DNA of 64,000 nucleotides from Candidatus Dormiibacterota bacterium (GTDB lineage: Bacteria; Chloroflexota; Dormibacteria; Aeolococcales; Aeolococcaceae). The stretch covers positions 480,001 through 544,000 of the forward strand of contig CAVPXI010000007.1 in assembly GCA_963709585.1 (NCBI GenBank). Reading direction: 5' to 3'. Position 1 is the stretch's first letter, and every line of letters begins with the position of its first letter. Below are positions 8,201 through 18,083 of the stretch, piece by piece. The translations under genes and the position numbers were made by a program. The notes under the pieces are model-generated. The model was not told the DNA's origin. It ran no database searches and saw nothing but the letters and a program-made list of their open reading frames with translations.

Positions 8201-9186
8201 TCACCGCGCTGCTCTTCGTCGCCAGCCTGATCCTCGTGGTGGTCGCGTCCGAGTTGTTCACCAACGCGATCGAATGGGCGGGCCACATGCTCAACCTCGG
8301 GAGCGGCGCGACCGGCAGCCTGCTCGCCGCGCTCGGGACGTCGCTGCCTGAGACGGTTGTCCCGATCGTCGCGCTCGCGACCCATTCGCCGGCCGCCGAT
8401 TCGGTCGCAACCGGCGCGGTGCTGGGCTCGCCGTTTCTGCTACTCACCATTGGGGCAGGCGCGACCGGGGTCGCCGTGGTACTGCGGGGCGGGGCGCGCC
8501 GGCTCGTGATCGACAAGCGTCAGGCGCGACGCGATCTCGGCGTCTTCCTCGGAGCCTTCGCCGTAGCGGTGCTCTCGAGCCTGCTGCCGAGCGGCGCCCG
8601 GATCGCGGTCGGAGCGCTGCTCCTCCTCGCCTACGCCGTGTACGTGATCGCGACGCTCCGCGGCAGTGGGGCCGCGGGGGAGGCTCCTGAGCCGCTGCAC
8701 ATCGTTCGCTGGCGGCCGGGCAAGCCGCACCCCGTCCTGGTGTCGGTGCAGCTCGTCATCTCCGTCGCCCTCCTGGTCGTCGGTTCGCAGCTCTTCGTGA
8801 GCGCGCTCGATCGGACCGCGTCGGCGTTGCAGATTCCCGCACTCGTGCTCGCGCTGGTGATCGTGCCGGTTGCCACCGAACTCCCCGAGACGCTCAACAG
8901 CGTGCTCTGGGTGCGCAGCGATGACGACATGCTTGCCTTCGGCAACGTCGCCGGGTCGGCCACCTTTCAGTCCTGCGTTCTCGCCGCCATCGGGGTCGTC
9001 TTCACGACCTGGCATCCGGGATCCGCGGGAGCCATCAGCGCCGCCCTCACCCTGCTGACGGCGGCGTTCCTGCTGGCGGTGCTCTGGCGCGGTCAGGCTC
9101 GGGGCGCCATTCTCATGCTGGCGGCGGCGCCCTGGGTTGTCTATGTCGTGGCGCAGGTGGCGACCGGGGGACGCCTGACGCTCTGA
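8197..9186 (+). CDS. Cation:Ca2+ antiporter (CaCA family)
   Basis: Two alpha repeats, GTSLPE and ATELPE...GNVAGS; about 10 TM helices. Confidence 0.85.
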   Translation: MITALLFVASLILVVVASELFTNAIEWAGHMLNLGSGATGSLLAALGTSLPETVVPIVALATHSPAADSVATGAVLGSPFLLLTIGAGATGVAVVLRGGARRLVIDKRQARRDLGVFLGAFAVAVLSSLLPSGARIAVGALLLLAYAVYVIATLRGSGAAGEAPEPLHIVRWRPGKPHPVLVSVQLVISVALLVVGSQLFVSALDRTASALQIPALVLALVIVPVATELPETLNSVLWVRSDDDMLAFGNVAGSATFQSCVLAAIGVVFTTWHPGSAGAISAALTLLTAAFLLAVLWRGQARGAILMLAAAPWVVYVVAQVATGGRLTL

Positions 9187-9205
9187 GACCGGCACAATCG
9201 GCGGC

Positions 9206-10082
9206 GTGATGCGAGTTCACGCGACCGCCGATGTCGAGGACTACGCCGCCGCGGCTGAGGGCTTCCTCAGGGCCGAACCCTGCGCCCGCAACGTGCTGCT
9301 GACAGTCATCGACCTCGTGCGCACCGCGCCCTCGACCTACAGCGCGCCGCCGAGCTTCTGGTGGATCACCGACTCCGGGTCGGTCGTCGGCGCGGCGAGC
9401 TGGACGCCTCCGCACGGCCTGCTGGTGTCCGCGATCCCGCCGGAGGCCGCGGCAGACCTGGCAACCGCGGCGCTCGAACGCGCGACCGAGCTCGGCATCC
9501 ATCCGGGCGGGGTCGTGGGACCGGTGTCATCGGCGCGCGCAGTCGCGGCGGCATGGACGGCCGCCACCGGCGACAGCATCGAGGTGGACCGGACGATTCT
9601 GCTCAACGAGCTCGAACTCGCTCACCGAGGTGGCCCGGCCGCCGGGTACGCGCCGTCCCGGGGTCGCCGGCGACGTGGCGTTGATCGCCGCGTGGCTCGA
9701 CGATTTCAGCGCGGAGATCGAGCACGTCGTTCCGCCGAACCCGAGTGCGATCGCCGATCACATGGTGCAGTCGGGGCGCGTCGACCTCTGGGAGGTCGAA
9801 GGACAGATCGTGTGCATGGTCGGCCATCGGGACGCAGCCGGCGTGGTGCAAGTCGGTCCGGTGTACACGCCGCCGGAGCATCGCAACCACGGCTACGCGA
9901 GGTGGCTGACGTACGAGGTGACCGCCCTCGCGCTCGAGCGGCCCGGCGTCGAGGGCGCCATGCTCTTCACAGATGCAGCCAACCCTGTCTCGAACTCGAT
10001 CTACCGCCAGGCCGGGTATCAGCCGCGCGGCGAACACGTGGAGATCGAGTTCGCGAAGCGGACGGTTGCGCTCGGGCACTAA
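9206..10082 (+). CDS. GNAT acetyltransferase (FR47-like); one apparent frameshift
   Basis: VGPVYTPPEHRNHGYA and LFTDAANPVSNSIY motifs; halves join if one A is removed at 9614-9619. Confidence 0.85.
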
Positions 10083-10092
10083 AGTCGGCGCG

Positions 10093-10998
10093 ATGAATCT
10101 CGAAGGAAAGGTCGCCGTGGTCACCGGAAGCGGACGGGGCATCGGCCGTGCCTACGCGATGGCGCTCGCCGAGGCAGGTTGCGCGGTGGTCGTCAACGAC
10201 GTCGACGGTGACGTCGCGGAAGCGACCGCGGACGCGATCGCCGGCGCCGGCGGCCGGGTCGTCGCCGAGGTATGCGCGGTCGGATCCGCGGTGGCCGCGG
10301 ACCAGCTCGTCTCCGGTGCCGTCAAGGCGTTCGGGCATCTCGACATCATGTGCACCAACGCCGGCATCCTTCGTGACCGCGTGCTCTGGAACATGAGCGA
10401 CGACGACTTCGACGTGGTGATCGAGACACACCTTCGCGGCACGTTCACATGCGCGCGTGCGGCCGTGCGCCAGATGCGCGAACAGGGGTCGGGGGGACGG
10501 ATCGTGGTGGTCTCGTCGATCGCCGGGCAGCGCGGCAACTTCGGGCAGACCAACTACGCCGCGGCGAAAGCAGGCATCGCCGCATATGCACGCACCTGGG
10601 CGATGGAGTGCGCCAAGCACAACATCACCGTGAACGCGATCGTCCCCAACGCGATCACCCGGATGATCGCGACGATTCCGGGCATGGCGCCACTTGTCGA
10701 CGCGGCGGAGAAGGGCGAGCCACTCCCGGCGACGGTGCGCAAGCAGATGGGCATGGGCACGCCTGACGACGTGGCTCCTCTGCTCGTGTTCCTCAGTTCC
10801 GACGAGGCCGCGGGCGTCACCGGTCAGTGCATCGGTCTCGGCGGCGACAAGCTGTCGCTGTGGGCACACCCGAAAGAGATATCGGTGGCCTTCCGCGACG
10901 GTGGCTGGACCGCCGACGCCATCGCCGAGGTCTGGTCGACCTCGGTCGGCTCCGAGCTCGAGAGCTACGGCATCCCGTTTCTCGGAGGCTCCGCCTGA
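10093..10998 (+). CDS. SDR family oxidoreductase
   Basis: TGSGRGIG, NAGILRD, NYAAAK catalytic motif. Confidence 0.93.
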   Translation: MNLEGKVAVVTGSGRGIGRAYAMALAEAGCAVVVNDVDGDVAEATADAIAGAGGRVVAEVCAVGSAVAADQLVSGAVKAFGHLDIMCTNAGILRDRVLWNMSDDDFDVVIETHLRGTFTCARAAVRQMREQGSGGRIVVVSSIAGQRGNFGQTNYAAAKAGIAAYARTWAMECAKHNITVNAIVPNAITRMIATIPGMAPLVDAAEKGEPLPATVRKQMGMGTPDDVAPLLVFLSSDEAAGVTGQCIGLGGDKLSLWAHPKEISVAFRDGGWTADAIAEVWSTSVGSELESYGIPFLGGSA

Positions 10999-11006
10999 GC
11001 CGAGCG

Positions 11007-11744
11007 CTACGGAGGCGGTGAGAGCGTGGGCGGTGGGTGCGGCGGTTCCGGGGTCAGGACGGGTTCGCTCGCCGGCGTCACGATGAGTGCCGCGAGGTTG
11101 TAGAGCACCGCGAGCGCGAGGATCGCGAGCGCCACCACCAGCCCGACGCCCGGGTTGACGCTGAAGAGCGATGTGATGCCGAGAACCCCGGGCCCGCCCG
11201 ATCCCGCGCTCGAGCTGATCTTCGCGAGAAGCACGTCGCGGACGTGGAGCTGATCGACGATGAGCAGCGCTCCGGCGGCGGCTGCGAAGCCCGCGGTGAT
11301 CAAAGCCCTGGTCCTGGCCGCCAGGAGGCCGAGCACGCCGGCACTGGCGACGACCAGCGCGAGGAAAACGCTGATCAGCCCAAGGATCGCCGGGAGTTGC
11401 GGGCCGATGTTTTCCGAGGAGGTGTCGAGGGTGGGCAGACCGCCGCTCTGCGTGCACACCGCCGGCACCGACCCGATCGCTGGATTCCCTCCGAAGGCGA
11501 GTTGCCAGCCGCTGTATGCGAGGACGTTCACCCCACCGAGCGCATCGACGCATGCGCTCGCCTGGGCCGACTCCGCCGCGCTCGCCCCCTGTGATGCCTC
11601 GACCGATCCGATCGTTGACCTGATCGTCGCCGCGTTGCACGACACCCCGGCGAACACCAGGAAGAACGAGAGGATGACCAGCAGGAAGAGGAGTGGGCTG
11701 ACCCGGCGGGCACCCGGCTCACCTGCCAGCGCGGCAGGGCTCAC
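11007..11744 (-). CDS. Hypothetical membrane protein (about 4 TM)
   Basis: Four hydrophobic segments, Cys-containing extracellular loop, Pro-rich tail. Confidence 0.65.
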   Translation of the reverse strand: MSPAALAGEPGARRVSPLLFLLVILSFFLVFAGVSCNAATIRSTIGSVEASQGASAAESAQASACVDALGGVNVLAYSGWQLAFGGNPAIGSVPAVCTQSGGLPTLDTSSENIGPQLPAILGLISVFLALVVASAGVLGLLAARTRALITAGFAAAAGALLIVDQLHVRDVLLAKISSSAGSGGPGVLGITSLFSVNPGVGLVVALAILALAVLYNLAALIVTPASEPVLTPEPPHPPPTLSPPP

Positions 11745-11884
11745 GCGGCCGCTGGACCGGCCATCTCAGCCGGCCGATCACCGGGAGCGCAGGCGCTTTC
11801 TCCACTCACGCGTGGCAGTGTATCGGCACACCTATACTCGCCCGCGGATATCTCGCGGGGTTCGGAGGGAACATCATCGCGGGC

Positions 11885-12568
11885 TTGCGCCGCCTCGCCC
11901 TGATCACGACCGCCGCGCTGCTCCTGGTCAGCGGATGCGGCGGACCGTCGATCAACGCGACGTCGTTGCTGAGGACGACCAAGAGCGTTCTCGACAGCAC
12001 GCCGTCCTTCCATTTCGTGCTCACCAGCGCCAATGTGACCGGATCCGGGGCGCAACTCACCGGCGGACACGGGGACATGAAGCGGCCGGACAGCATGGCC
12101 GGCGTGCTCCAGGTGTCGATCTTCGGGCTGGCGCTCAGCGTGCCGGCAGTGTCGGTGGGGGGCACGTTCTCGGTGAAATTACCCACCGGATCGGGGTTCT
12201 CCACCGCGAATCCCGCCGATTACGGTTTCGGGGACCCCGCCAAGCTCATCGATCCGAACACCGGCCTGTCATCGCTCCTGCTGCGCTGCCAGTCGCCGCA
12301 GGTCGAGAGCGATGATCGATACAACGGTGAAGCACTGCACGAGATCGGGTGCTCGCTCCCGGGGAGCGCGGTGGCCGCGCTGCTCACCAGTGCCGATCCG
12401 TCGAAGAGCGTCGCCGCGACCTTCGGCATCGACACGAGCACTCACGAGCTCCGCCGTGTCGTGCTCATCGGGCCGTTCATCACCAAGGGTACCGACAGCA
12501 CCTATACGCTCGTTCTTACCAACTATGGCGAGAACGTGTCAGTGACGCCGCCGCCCGCCAGCGGGTGA
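11885..12568 (+). CDS. LppX/LprAFG family lipoprotein
   Basis: Lipobox LVSGC; SFHF, GDMKRP, DPAKLIDPNTGLSSLL and C-terminal LTNYGENVSVTPP pattern; coupled to an MFS gene. Confidence 0.82.
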   Translation: MRRLALITTAALLLVSGCGGPSINATSLLRTTKSVLDSTPSFHFVLTSANVTGSGAQLTGGHGDMKRPDSMAGVLQVSIFGLALSVPAVSVGGTFSVKLPTGSGFSTANPADYGFGDPAKLIDPNTGLSSLLLRCQSPQVESDDRYNGEALHEIGCSLPGSAVAALLTSADPSKSVAATFGIDTSTHELRRVVLIGPFITKGTDSTYTLVLTNYGENVSVTPPPASG

Positions 12569-14331
12569 ACGCGCGCCGGCGCTGGATCCTCGCGATCGCG
12601 GCGGTGTCGGTGCTCGTCGCCGCGATGGACACCTACGTGATCGTGCTCGCGCTCCCGGCGATCATGGCCGACGTCGGCATCGGCGTCGACCAGCTCCAGG
12701 AGGCGACGCCGATCGTCAGCGGGTTCCTGCTTGGCTACGTCGTGGTGATGCCGCTGCTCGGCCGGCTCTCCGACCTTCACGGCCGCAGGCCGCTCCTGCT
12801 CCTCTGCCTCGCGGTCTTCGCCGCCGGCTCCCTTGTGACGGCGTCCGCGACCGACCTCGGCTCGGTGGTCGCAGGTCGGGCGCTCCAGGGCCTCGGCGGC
12901 GGTGGTCTCGTGCCCGTGACCCTGGCCCTGGTCGCGGATCTCTGGCCGCCCGACCGGCGCGGGCTGCCGCTGGGCGTCATCGGCGGCGTCCAGGAGCTGG
13001 GGAGCGTCCTCGGTCCGGTGTACGGCGGATTGATCCTCAGCATCGCGTCCTGGCAGACGATCTTCTGGCTCAACATCCCGATCGCCGCTACTCTCGCGCT
13101 CGGGTTGATTGTCGCGGGCCGCCATGGCGGGTCCGGGGTTTCGGTGCCGGCTCGCCCAGCGCGCGTCGACCGTGTCTCGGTCATGCTCGCCTGCCTCGCG
13201 GTCGTCGCCGGATGCCTGGCGGTCGCCGCGCCCGGCCCGCTCCGCGACAACGTCACCACGGGGGTGGCGTACAGCGCGCTTGGGGGCATGGTGTGGCTGA
13301 CGCCGATCGCGCTCGTCGCCGCGGGCGCGGCGGCTGCGCTGATCCTCTGGGAGCTGCGCTGCCACCGGTCCACCCGGGGACTGCTCGCCATCAGGCGCCT
13401 CCCCTCCCTGGCGACGGCGGTCGACTGGCCCGGGGCCGTGCTGCTCGGCCTCGCGCTCGCGACCATCATCGTCAGCTTCTCCGCCGAGGACCCGTCCACC
13501 GGGGCGATCTCTCCGGCGGCACTCTGGCTGCTCCCGGTTGGCGCGCTGGCCGCGGCGGGCTTCGTGGTCCGGGAGCGGCGCGCGGGGCACCCGCTCATCG
13601 CCGCTGACGAGCTCCGGTCACGAGGCGCCTATGGGGCGTTGCTGACCAACCTCGCGGTGGGAGCCGCGCTGATGGCGGCGCTGCTCGACATCCCCGTACT
13701 CGCCCGGGCCACGGTGGACCCGAATTCGCAGCTCGGCGCCGCCCTGGTCCTACTCCGTCTCCTGGTCGGGGTGCCGATCGGCGCCGTTGCCGGCGGCTGG
13801 CTCTCGCAGCGTCTCGGCAACCGACTGGTCGCCGCCGCCGGGATGGCGATCACCGCGGTGGCGTTCCTGGCGATGACGGGCTGGACGGCGACGACGCTTG
13901 CCGACCCCTTTGGCCCCGGGTGGCTGCATCCGAGCGACCCCGTGCTGGTCGCCTGCGGCCTGGGCTTCGGCCTGGCTATCGCGCCGGTCAACGCATCGAT
14001 GCTGGCGTCGGTGCAACCCCGCATGCACGGCCTGGCGTCGGCGCTGGTGGTCGTGGCGCGCATGATCGGGATGCTCGTGGGCATCTCCATCCTCACCGCC
14101 GTGAGCCTGCACATCTTCTACACGACCGCGTCGGCATTCCCGTCGCCGGCTGCGCTCTGTCCGACGTCACCGCTCAACTGCGCGGCGTACGAACGCGACG
14201 TCACCGCCGCGATCGTGACCGAGTTGCGTGCCGTCTTCCTCGGTGCCGCGCTCTGCGCCGCGCTGGCGGCAGTGCTCGCGGCGGCGCTGCTTCGAGGCCG
14301 GCCTGCACGGCTGGTGCCCGCAGTCGCATGA
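12565..14331 (+). CDS. MFS transporter (P55/Rv1410c-like)
   Basis: AMDTYV, TPIVSGFLLGYV, GRLSDLHGRR, QELGSVLGPVYG, VVVARMIGMLVG. Confidence 0.88.
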   Translation: MNARRRWILAIAAVSVLVAAMDTYVIVLALPAIMADVGIGVDQLQEATPIVSGFLLGYVVVMPLLGRLSDLHGRRPLLLLCLAVFAAGSLVTASATDLGSVVAGRALQGLGGGGLVPVTLALVADLWPPDRRGLPLGVIGGVQELGSVLGPVYGGLILSIASWQTIFWLNIPIAATLALGLIVAGRHGGSGVSVPARPARVDRVSVMLACLAVVAGCLAVAAPGPLRDNVTTGVAYSALGGMVWLTPIALVAAGAAAALILWELRCHRSTRGLLAIRRLPSLATAVDWPGAVLLGLALATIIVSFSAEDPSTGAISPAALWLLPVGALAAAGFVVRERRAGHPLIAADELRSRGAYGALLTNLAVGAALMAALLDIPVLARATVDPNSQLGAALVLLRLLVGVPIGAVAGGWLSQRLGNRLVAAAGMAITAVAFLAMTGWTATTLADPFGPGWLHPSDPVLVACGLGFGLAIAPVNASMLASVQPRMHGLASALVVVARMIGMLVGISILTAVSLHIFYTTASAFPSPAALCPTSPLNCAAYERDVTAAIVTELRAVFLGAALCAALAAVLAAALLRGRPARLVPAVA

Positions 14332-15725
14332 CCGCGACCGTCAGAGAGATCAAGCCGGAATCTCCGGAGCTCGAGGACGTCCTCGAGGCGATCGCGGGCG
14401 CCGCGAACACCCTGCAGGCGGAGGTGTACCTCGTGGGCGGCTTCGTCCGCGACCGGCTGATCGGCGGAGCGCAGGGGAAGGACATCGACCTGGTGACGGT
14501 CGGGACCGACCCGATGCCGCTGCTCGCCGCGGTCGCGTCCGAGTTCGGCTGGCACCCACCCGAACGGTTCGAGCGGTTCGGCACCGCGCAGATCCGGGGA
14601 GGCGCATGGATCGTCGAGGGTGTTCGCGCCCGGGCGGAGCGCTACGACCCCGAGTTGCGCAACCCCGACGTGCGGCCGGGCACGCTCGCCGAGGACGTGT
14701 GGCGCCGGGATTTCACCGTGAACGCGCTCTGCCAGACCCTCGGTGGCGAGGTGATCGACATCACCGGCCTGGGGATCGCCGACCTGCTCGCCGGGGTGCT
14801 GCGCACGCCGCTCGATCCAGCCGTGACCTTTGATGAGGACCCGCTCCGGATGTACCGGGCGGCTCGCTTCGTCGCCCGGCTCGGCTTCTCCCTGGCTCCC
14901 GGGACGATCGAGGCGATGCGAGCCCAGGCGGGGAGAACCTCGATCCTCTCCATCGAGCGAGTCAGCGACGAGCTCCGCCGCCTGCTGGTCGCTCCATATC
15001 CGAGCGCCGGGATCGCGGTGCTCCGCGACGGGGGACTGCTCGAGCTCGTCCTGCCCGAGCTCATCGCCGCGATCGGGATCGAACAGGGCGGGTACCACAC
15101 CGACGACGTCTACGGACACACCCTCAACACCGTCGAGGCGGCGCCGGCCGACCTGGTGACCCGAACCGCCGCGCTGCTCCACGACATCGCCAAGCCGCCG
15201 ACCCACGCGGTCGCCGCGGACGGGCGCCACACCTTCTACGACCACCCGCAGATCGGCGCGGACATGGCCCGGGCGATCCTCACCCGCTGGCGGTTCAGCA
15301 ATGACGAGATCAACGACGTGAGCGAGCTGGTGCGCCTCCACCTGCGCCCGATCCAGTACGACCGCGAGTTCTTCGGGGACGCGGCGGTGCGCAGGTTGAT
15401 CCGCGACGCCGGGCCGCTGCGTGCCAGGATGCTCGACCTCGCCCGAGCGGACACCGTGGCGTCCGCCTATCCGACCCTCGAGGAGCTCGACGAGCTCGAC
15501 GAGCGGATGGCAAGCCTCGACGCCGGCGGCGTGGTGTCCGCGATGTCCGACCCGCTGCGTGGCGAGGAGCTCATGGAGTTGGCGGGGCGCGGACCCGGAC
15601 CCTGGGTGGGACGCGCGAAGGCAGCGATCCGCGAGGCGGTGATTGAGGGAACGATTCCACCCGGAGACGCGGCGCTCGCGCGCGCATGGGTCGACGCGCA
15701 TCGTGAGATCCTGAGTGGCGACTGA
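14328..15725 (+). CDS. cca: CCA tRNA nucleotidyltransferase with HD domain
   Basis: YLVGGFVRD, DIDL, RRDFTVNA, EDPLRMYRAARF, LLHDIAKP. Confidence 0.9.
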   Translation: MTATVREIKPESPELEDVLEAIAGAANTLQAEVYLVGGFVRDRLIGGAQGKDIDLVTVGTDPMPLLAAVASEFGWHPPERFERFGTAQIRGGAWIVEGVRARAERYDPELRNPDVRPGTLAEDVWRRDFTVNALCQTLGGEVIDITGLGIADLLAGVLRTPLDPAVTFDEDPLRMYRAARFVARLGFSLAPGTIEAMRAQAGRTSILSIERVSDELRRLLVAPYPSAGIAVLRDGGLLELVLPELIAAIGIEQGGYHTDDVYGHTLNTVEAAPADLVTRTAALLHDIAKPPTHAVAADGRHTFYDHPQIGADMARAILTRWRFSNDEINDVSELVRLHLRPIQYDREFFGDAAVRRLIRDAGPLRARMLDLARADTVASAYPTLEELDELDERMASLDAGGVVSAMSDPLRGEELMELAGRGPGPWVGRAKAAIREAVIEGTIPPGDAALARAWVDAHREILSGD

Positions 15726-15803
15726 ACGCACACCCGTGCGGCGTCGGTGAATCGTCGGTCCGGATCGAGAGCAACCGCAACAAAGTAGAATGCGCGGTTC
15801 GAG

Positions 15804-16184
15804 ATGTTGAGCAAGCTCCGCGGCGCCAAACGCCTTTTCGTCGACTTGCCACGCATGCTGCGGCTTGCGTACTGCCTGATGTTCGACGCGCGTGTGCCCG
15901 GCTACATGAAACTCGCCTTCGGCGGTGGACTCGCGTTGATCGCCCTTCCGGTGGTTGACCTTCCGGAATCCCTGCCGGTCATCGGCGAACTCGACGTCCT
16001 CGCGCTCAGCCTGCTCGCAACCCGCGCATTCATCGCAGCGTGCCCTCGTCACATCGTCGCGGAGCAGGAGGAGTTGATCACCCAACGGCGCAGTCGCTTC
16101 GACGATGACGTGCGCAACGGCGAGCGTATCGCCCTGATGATCTACCGGCGCCTCCGTCCCGAAGAGCAGGAGACGGTATCGTGA
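15804..16184 (+). CDS. YkvA/DUF1232 family membrane protein
   Basis: DARVP..K and DLPESLPVIGELD pattern. Confidence 0.7.
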   Translation: MLSKLRGAKRLFVDLPRMLRLAYCLMFDARVPGYMKLAFGGGLALIALPVVDLPESLPVIGELDVLALSLLATRAFIAACPRHIVAEQEELITQRRSRFDDDVRNGERIALMIYRRLRPEEQETVS

Positions 16185-16627
16185 AGGTTCTGTTTCTGAA
16201 GGAAGTGGCAGGAACAGCCAAGCCCGGTGACGTTCGCGAGGTAACCCCGGGATATGCACGCAACTTCCTGTTTCCTCAGCACCTCGCGGTGATCGCTGAC
16301 CAGAACACCGTCGACCAGATCCGGCGGCGTGAGGAGGCGACGCGACGGCGCGTCGAGAAGGCGCTCATCGACGCCAGGGAGACCGCGCAGCGGCTGCGCA
16401 AGCTGACCGTCACCGTCTACGCCAAGGCCGGCGAGGCGGGCCGCCTCTTCGGTACCGTCACCACCGCCGACGTCGCCAAGCAGCTGAAGCGTGAAGCGGG
16501 CATCGACATCGACAAGCGGAAGATCGAGATCGATCCGCCGATCAAGTCCCTCGGGCCCCACGAGGCCACCATCGAGCTCCACCCCGAGGTCACGGAGACA
16601 CTCAAGGTCGTCGTCGCGGCCCAATGA
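16181..16627 (+). CDS. rplI: 50S ribosomal protein L9
   Basis: GYARNFLFP, GRLFGTVT, IDKRKI. Confidence 0.97.
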   Translation: MKVLFLKEVAGTAKPGDVREVTPGYARNFLFPQHLAVIADQNTVDQIRRREEATRRRVEKALIDARETAQRLRKLTVTVYAKAGEAGRLFGTVTTADVAKQLKREAGIDIDKRKIEIDPPIKSLGPHEATIELHPEVTETLKVVVAAQ

Positions 16628-17997
16628 CCTCTCTCCCGCAGGCCGAATTGCTGGGGCGCGGGGCCGCTGCGGGGTCCGCCTCGATGCGTGTCCCGCCGCA
16701 CGACAACGAGGCCGAACAGGCGGTGCTCGGTGGCATTCTCATCGACCGCGAGGCGCTGTCGATCGTGCGCGACGTGCTCGTCCCCGAGGACTTTTACGCG
16801 GAACGCCACGCGGTGCTGTACCGGGCCGCGCTCGCGCTCGACGATCGTGGCGAGGCGATCGACACGGTGACGCTGCGCGACCAGCTCGAGCGCGGTCCGG
16901 GGATCGGCCGCGCGGGCGGCATGGATTACATCGCCGAGCTCACGCTCGTCGTCCCCAGCTCCGCGAGCGTCAAGCACTACGCCGACATCATCATCGGACA
17001 TGCGCTCCGGCGCCGCCTCATCGAGGCAGGCGGCAAGGTGAGCCGCCTCGGGTTCGACAACACCACCCCGGTGAACGAGGCGATCGACCAGGCGGAGCAG
17101 GAAGTATTCAAGATCGGTCAGGAGAGTCGCGGCTCGGAGATGCGCAACATCGCGCCGGTGGTGCGCGAGTGGTGGGACGTGCTCGAGAAGCGCATCGAGC
17201 ACAAGCAGCTGGTCACCGGCGTGCCCACGAACTTCTCGAAGCTCGACATGCTCACCCAGGGCCTGCAGCCCGGTGAGCTCATCATCCTGGCGGCCCGCCC
17301 AGCCGTGGGCAAGACGTCGTTCGCGCTCAACATCGCTCGCAACGCGGCGGTGCTCGCGGGCAGGCCGGTCGTGGTCTTCTCGCTCGAGATGTCGCGTCAG
17401 TCGCTGGTGCAGCGGCTCATCTGCAGCGAGGCGCACGTCAACTCCTACATGCTCCGCACCGGCCAGGCCAACTCGATGGCATTCCAGAAGATCGCCAAGG
17501 CGATGGACACGCTCACCCATGCGGATCTCTGGATCGATGACTCGCCGGGCCTCGCCATCAACACGCTGCGAGCACGTGCGCGGCGGATGAAGTCGCAGCA
17601 CAAGATCGAGCTCATCGTCATCGACTACCTGCAGCTGATGCAGGGGGGCAGGCGCGATTCGCGGGTGCAGGAGGTGTCGGACATCTCGTCGGGGCTGAAG
17701 GCCATCGCCAAAGAGCTGAACGTCCCCGTGCTGGCGCTGTCGCAGCTCTCCCGAGCGGCCGAGCAACGCGAGAACAAGCGCCCCCAGCTCAGCGATCTCC
17801 GCGACAGCGGCTCGATCGAACAGGATGCGGACGTCGTACTCTTCCTCTATCGAGAGGGGATGCACAACCGTGAGATCGACAAGGGCAAGACCGAGCTCAT
17901 CGTCGCCAAGAACCGCAACGGGCCGGTCGACGACCTGCCCCTGGTGTTCATCGCCGAGCAGACCGCCTTTCGGGAACCGTATCTGGCGGCTGAGTAA
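16624..17997 (+). CDS. dnaB: Replicative DNA helicase DnaB
   Basis: PPHDNEAEQAVLG, AARPAVGKT, DYLQLM, SDLRDSGSIEQDAD, KNRNGP; no intein seen. Confidence 0.97.
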   Translation: MTSLPQAELLGRGAAAGSASMRVPPHDNEAEQAVLGGILIDREALSIVRDVLVPEDFYAERHAVLYRAALALDDRGEAIDTVTLRDQLERGPGIGRAGGMDYIAELTLVVPSSASVKHYADIIIGHALRRRLIEAGGKVSRLGFDNTTPVNEAIDQAEQEVFKIGQESRGSEMRNIAPVVREWWDVLEKRIEHKQLVTGVPTNFSKLDMLTQGLQPGELIILAARPAVGKTSFALNIARNAAVLAGRPVVVFSLEMSRQSLVQRLICSEAHVNSYMLRTGQANSMAFQKIAKAMDTLTHADLWIDDSPGLAINTLRARARRMKSQHKIELIVIDYLQLMQGGRRDSRVQEVSDISSGLKAIAKELNVPVLALSQLSRAAEQRENKRPQLSDLRDSGSIEQDADVVLFLYREGMHNREIDKGKTELIVAKNRNGPVDDLPLVFIAEQTAFREPYLAAE

Positions 17998-18083
17998 CGC
18001 GCCGTCTGCGCATCGCGTTGCAGGGAAGAGTCGCTTGTCACGGTACGGCCGATGGCACATGGGAGCGGTCCAACCCTGATTCA

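Noticed and set aside
14118-16259. Long antisense or alternate-frame ORFs (e.g. 14118-16259, 34238-37108, 59677-62403)
   Set aside because: They are shadows of real genes, expected at high GC; Arg/Pro/Gly-rich with no domain motifs
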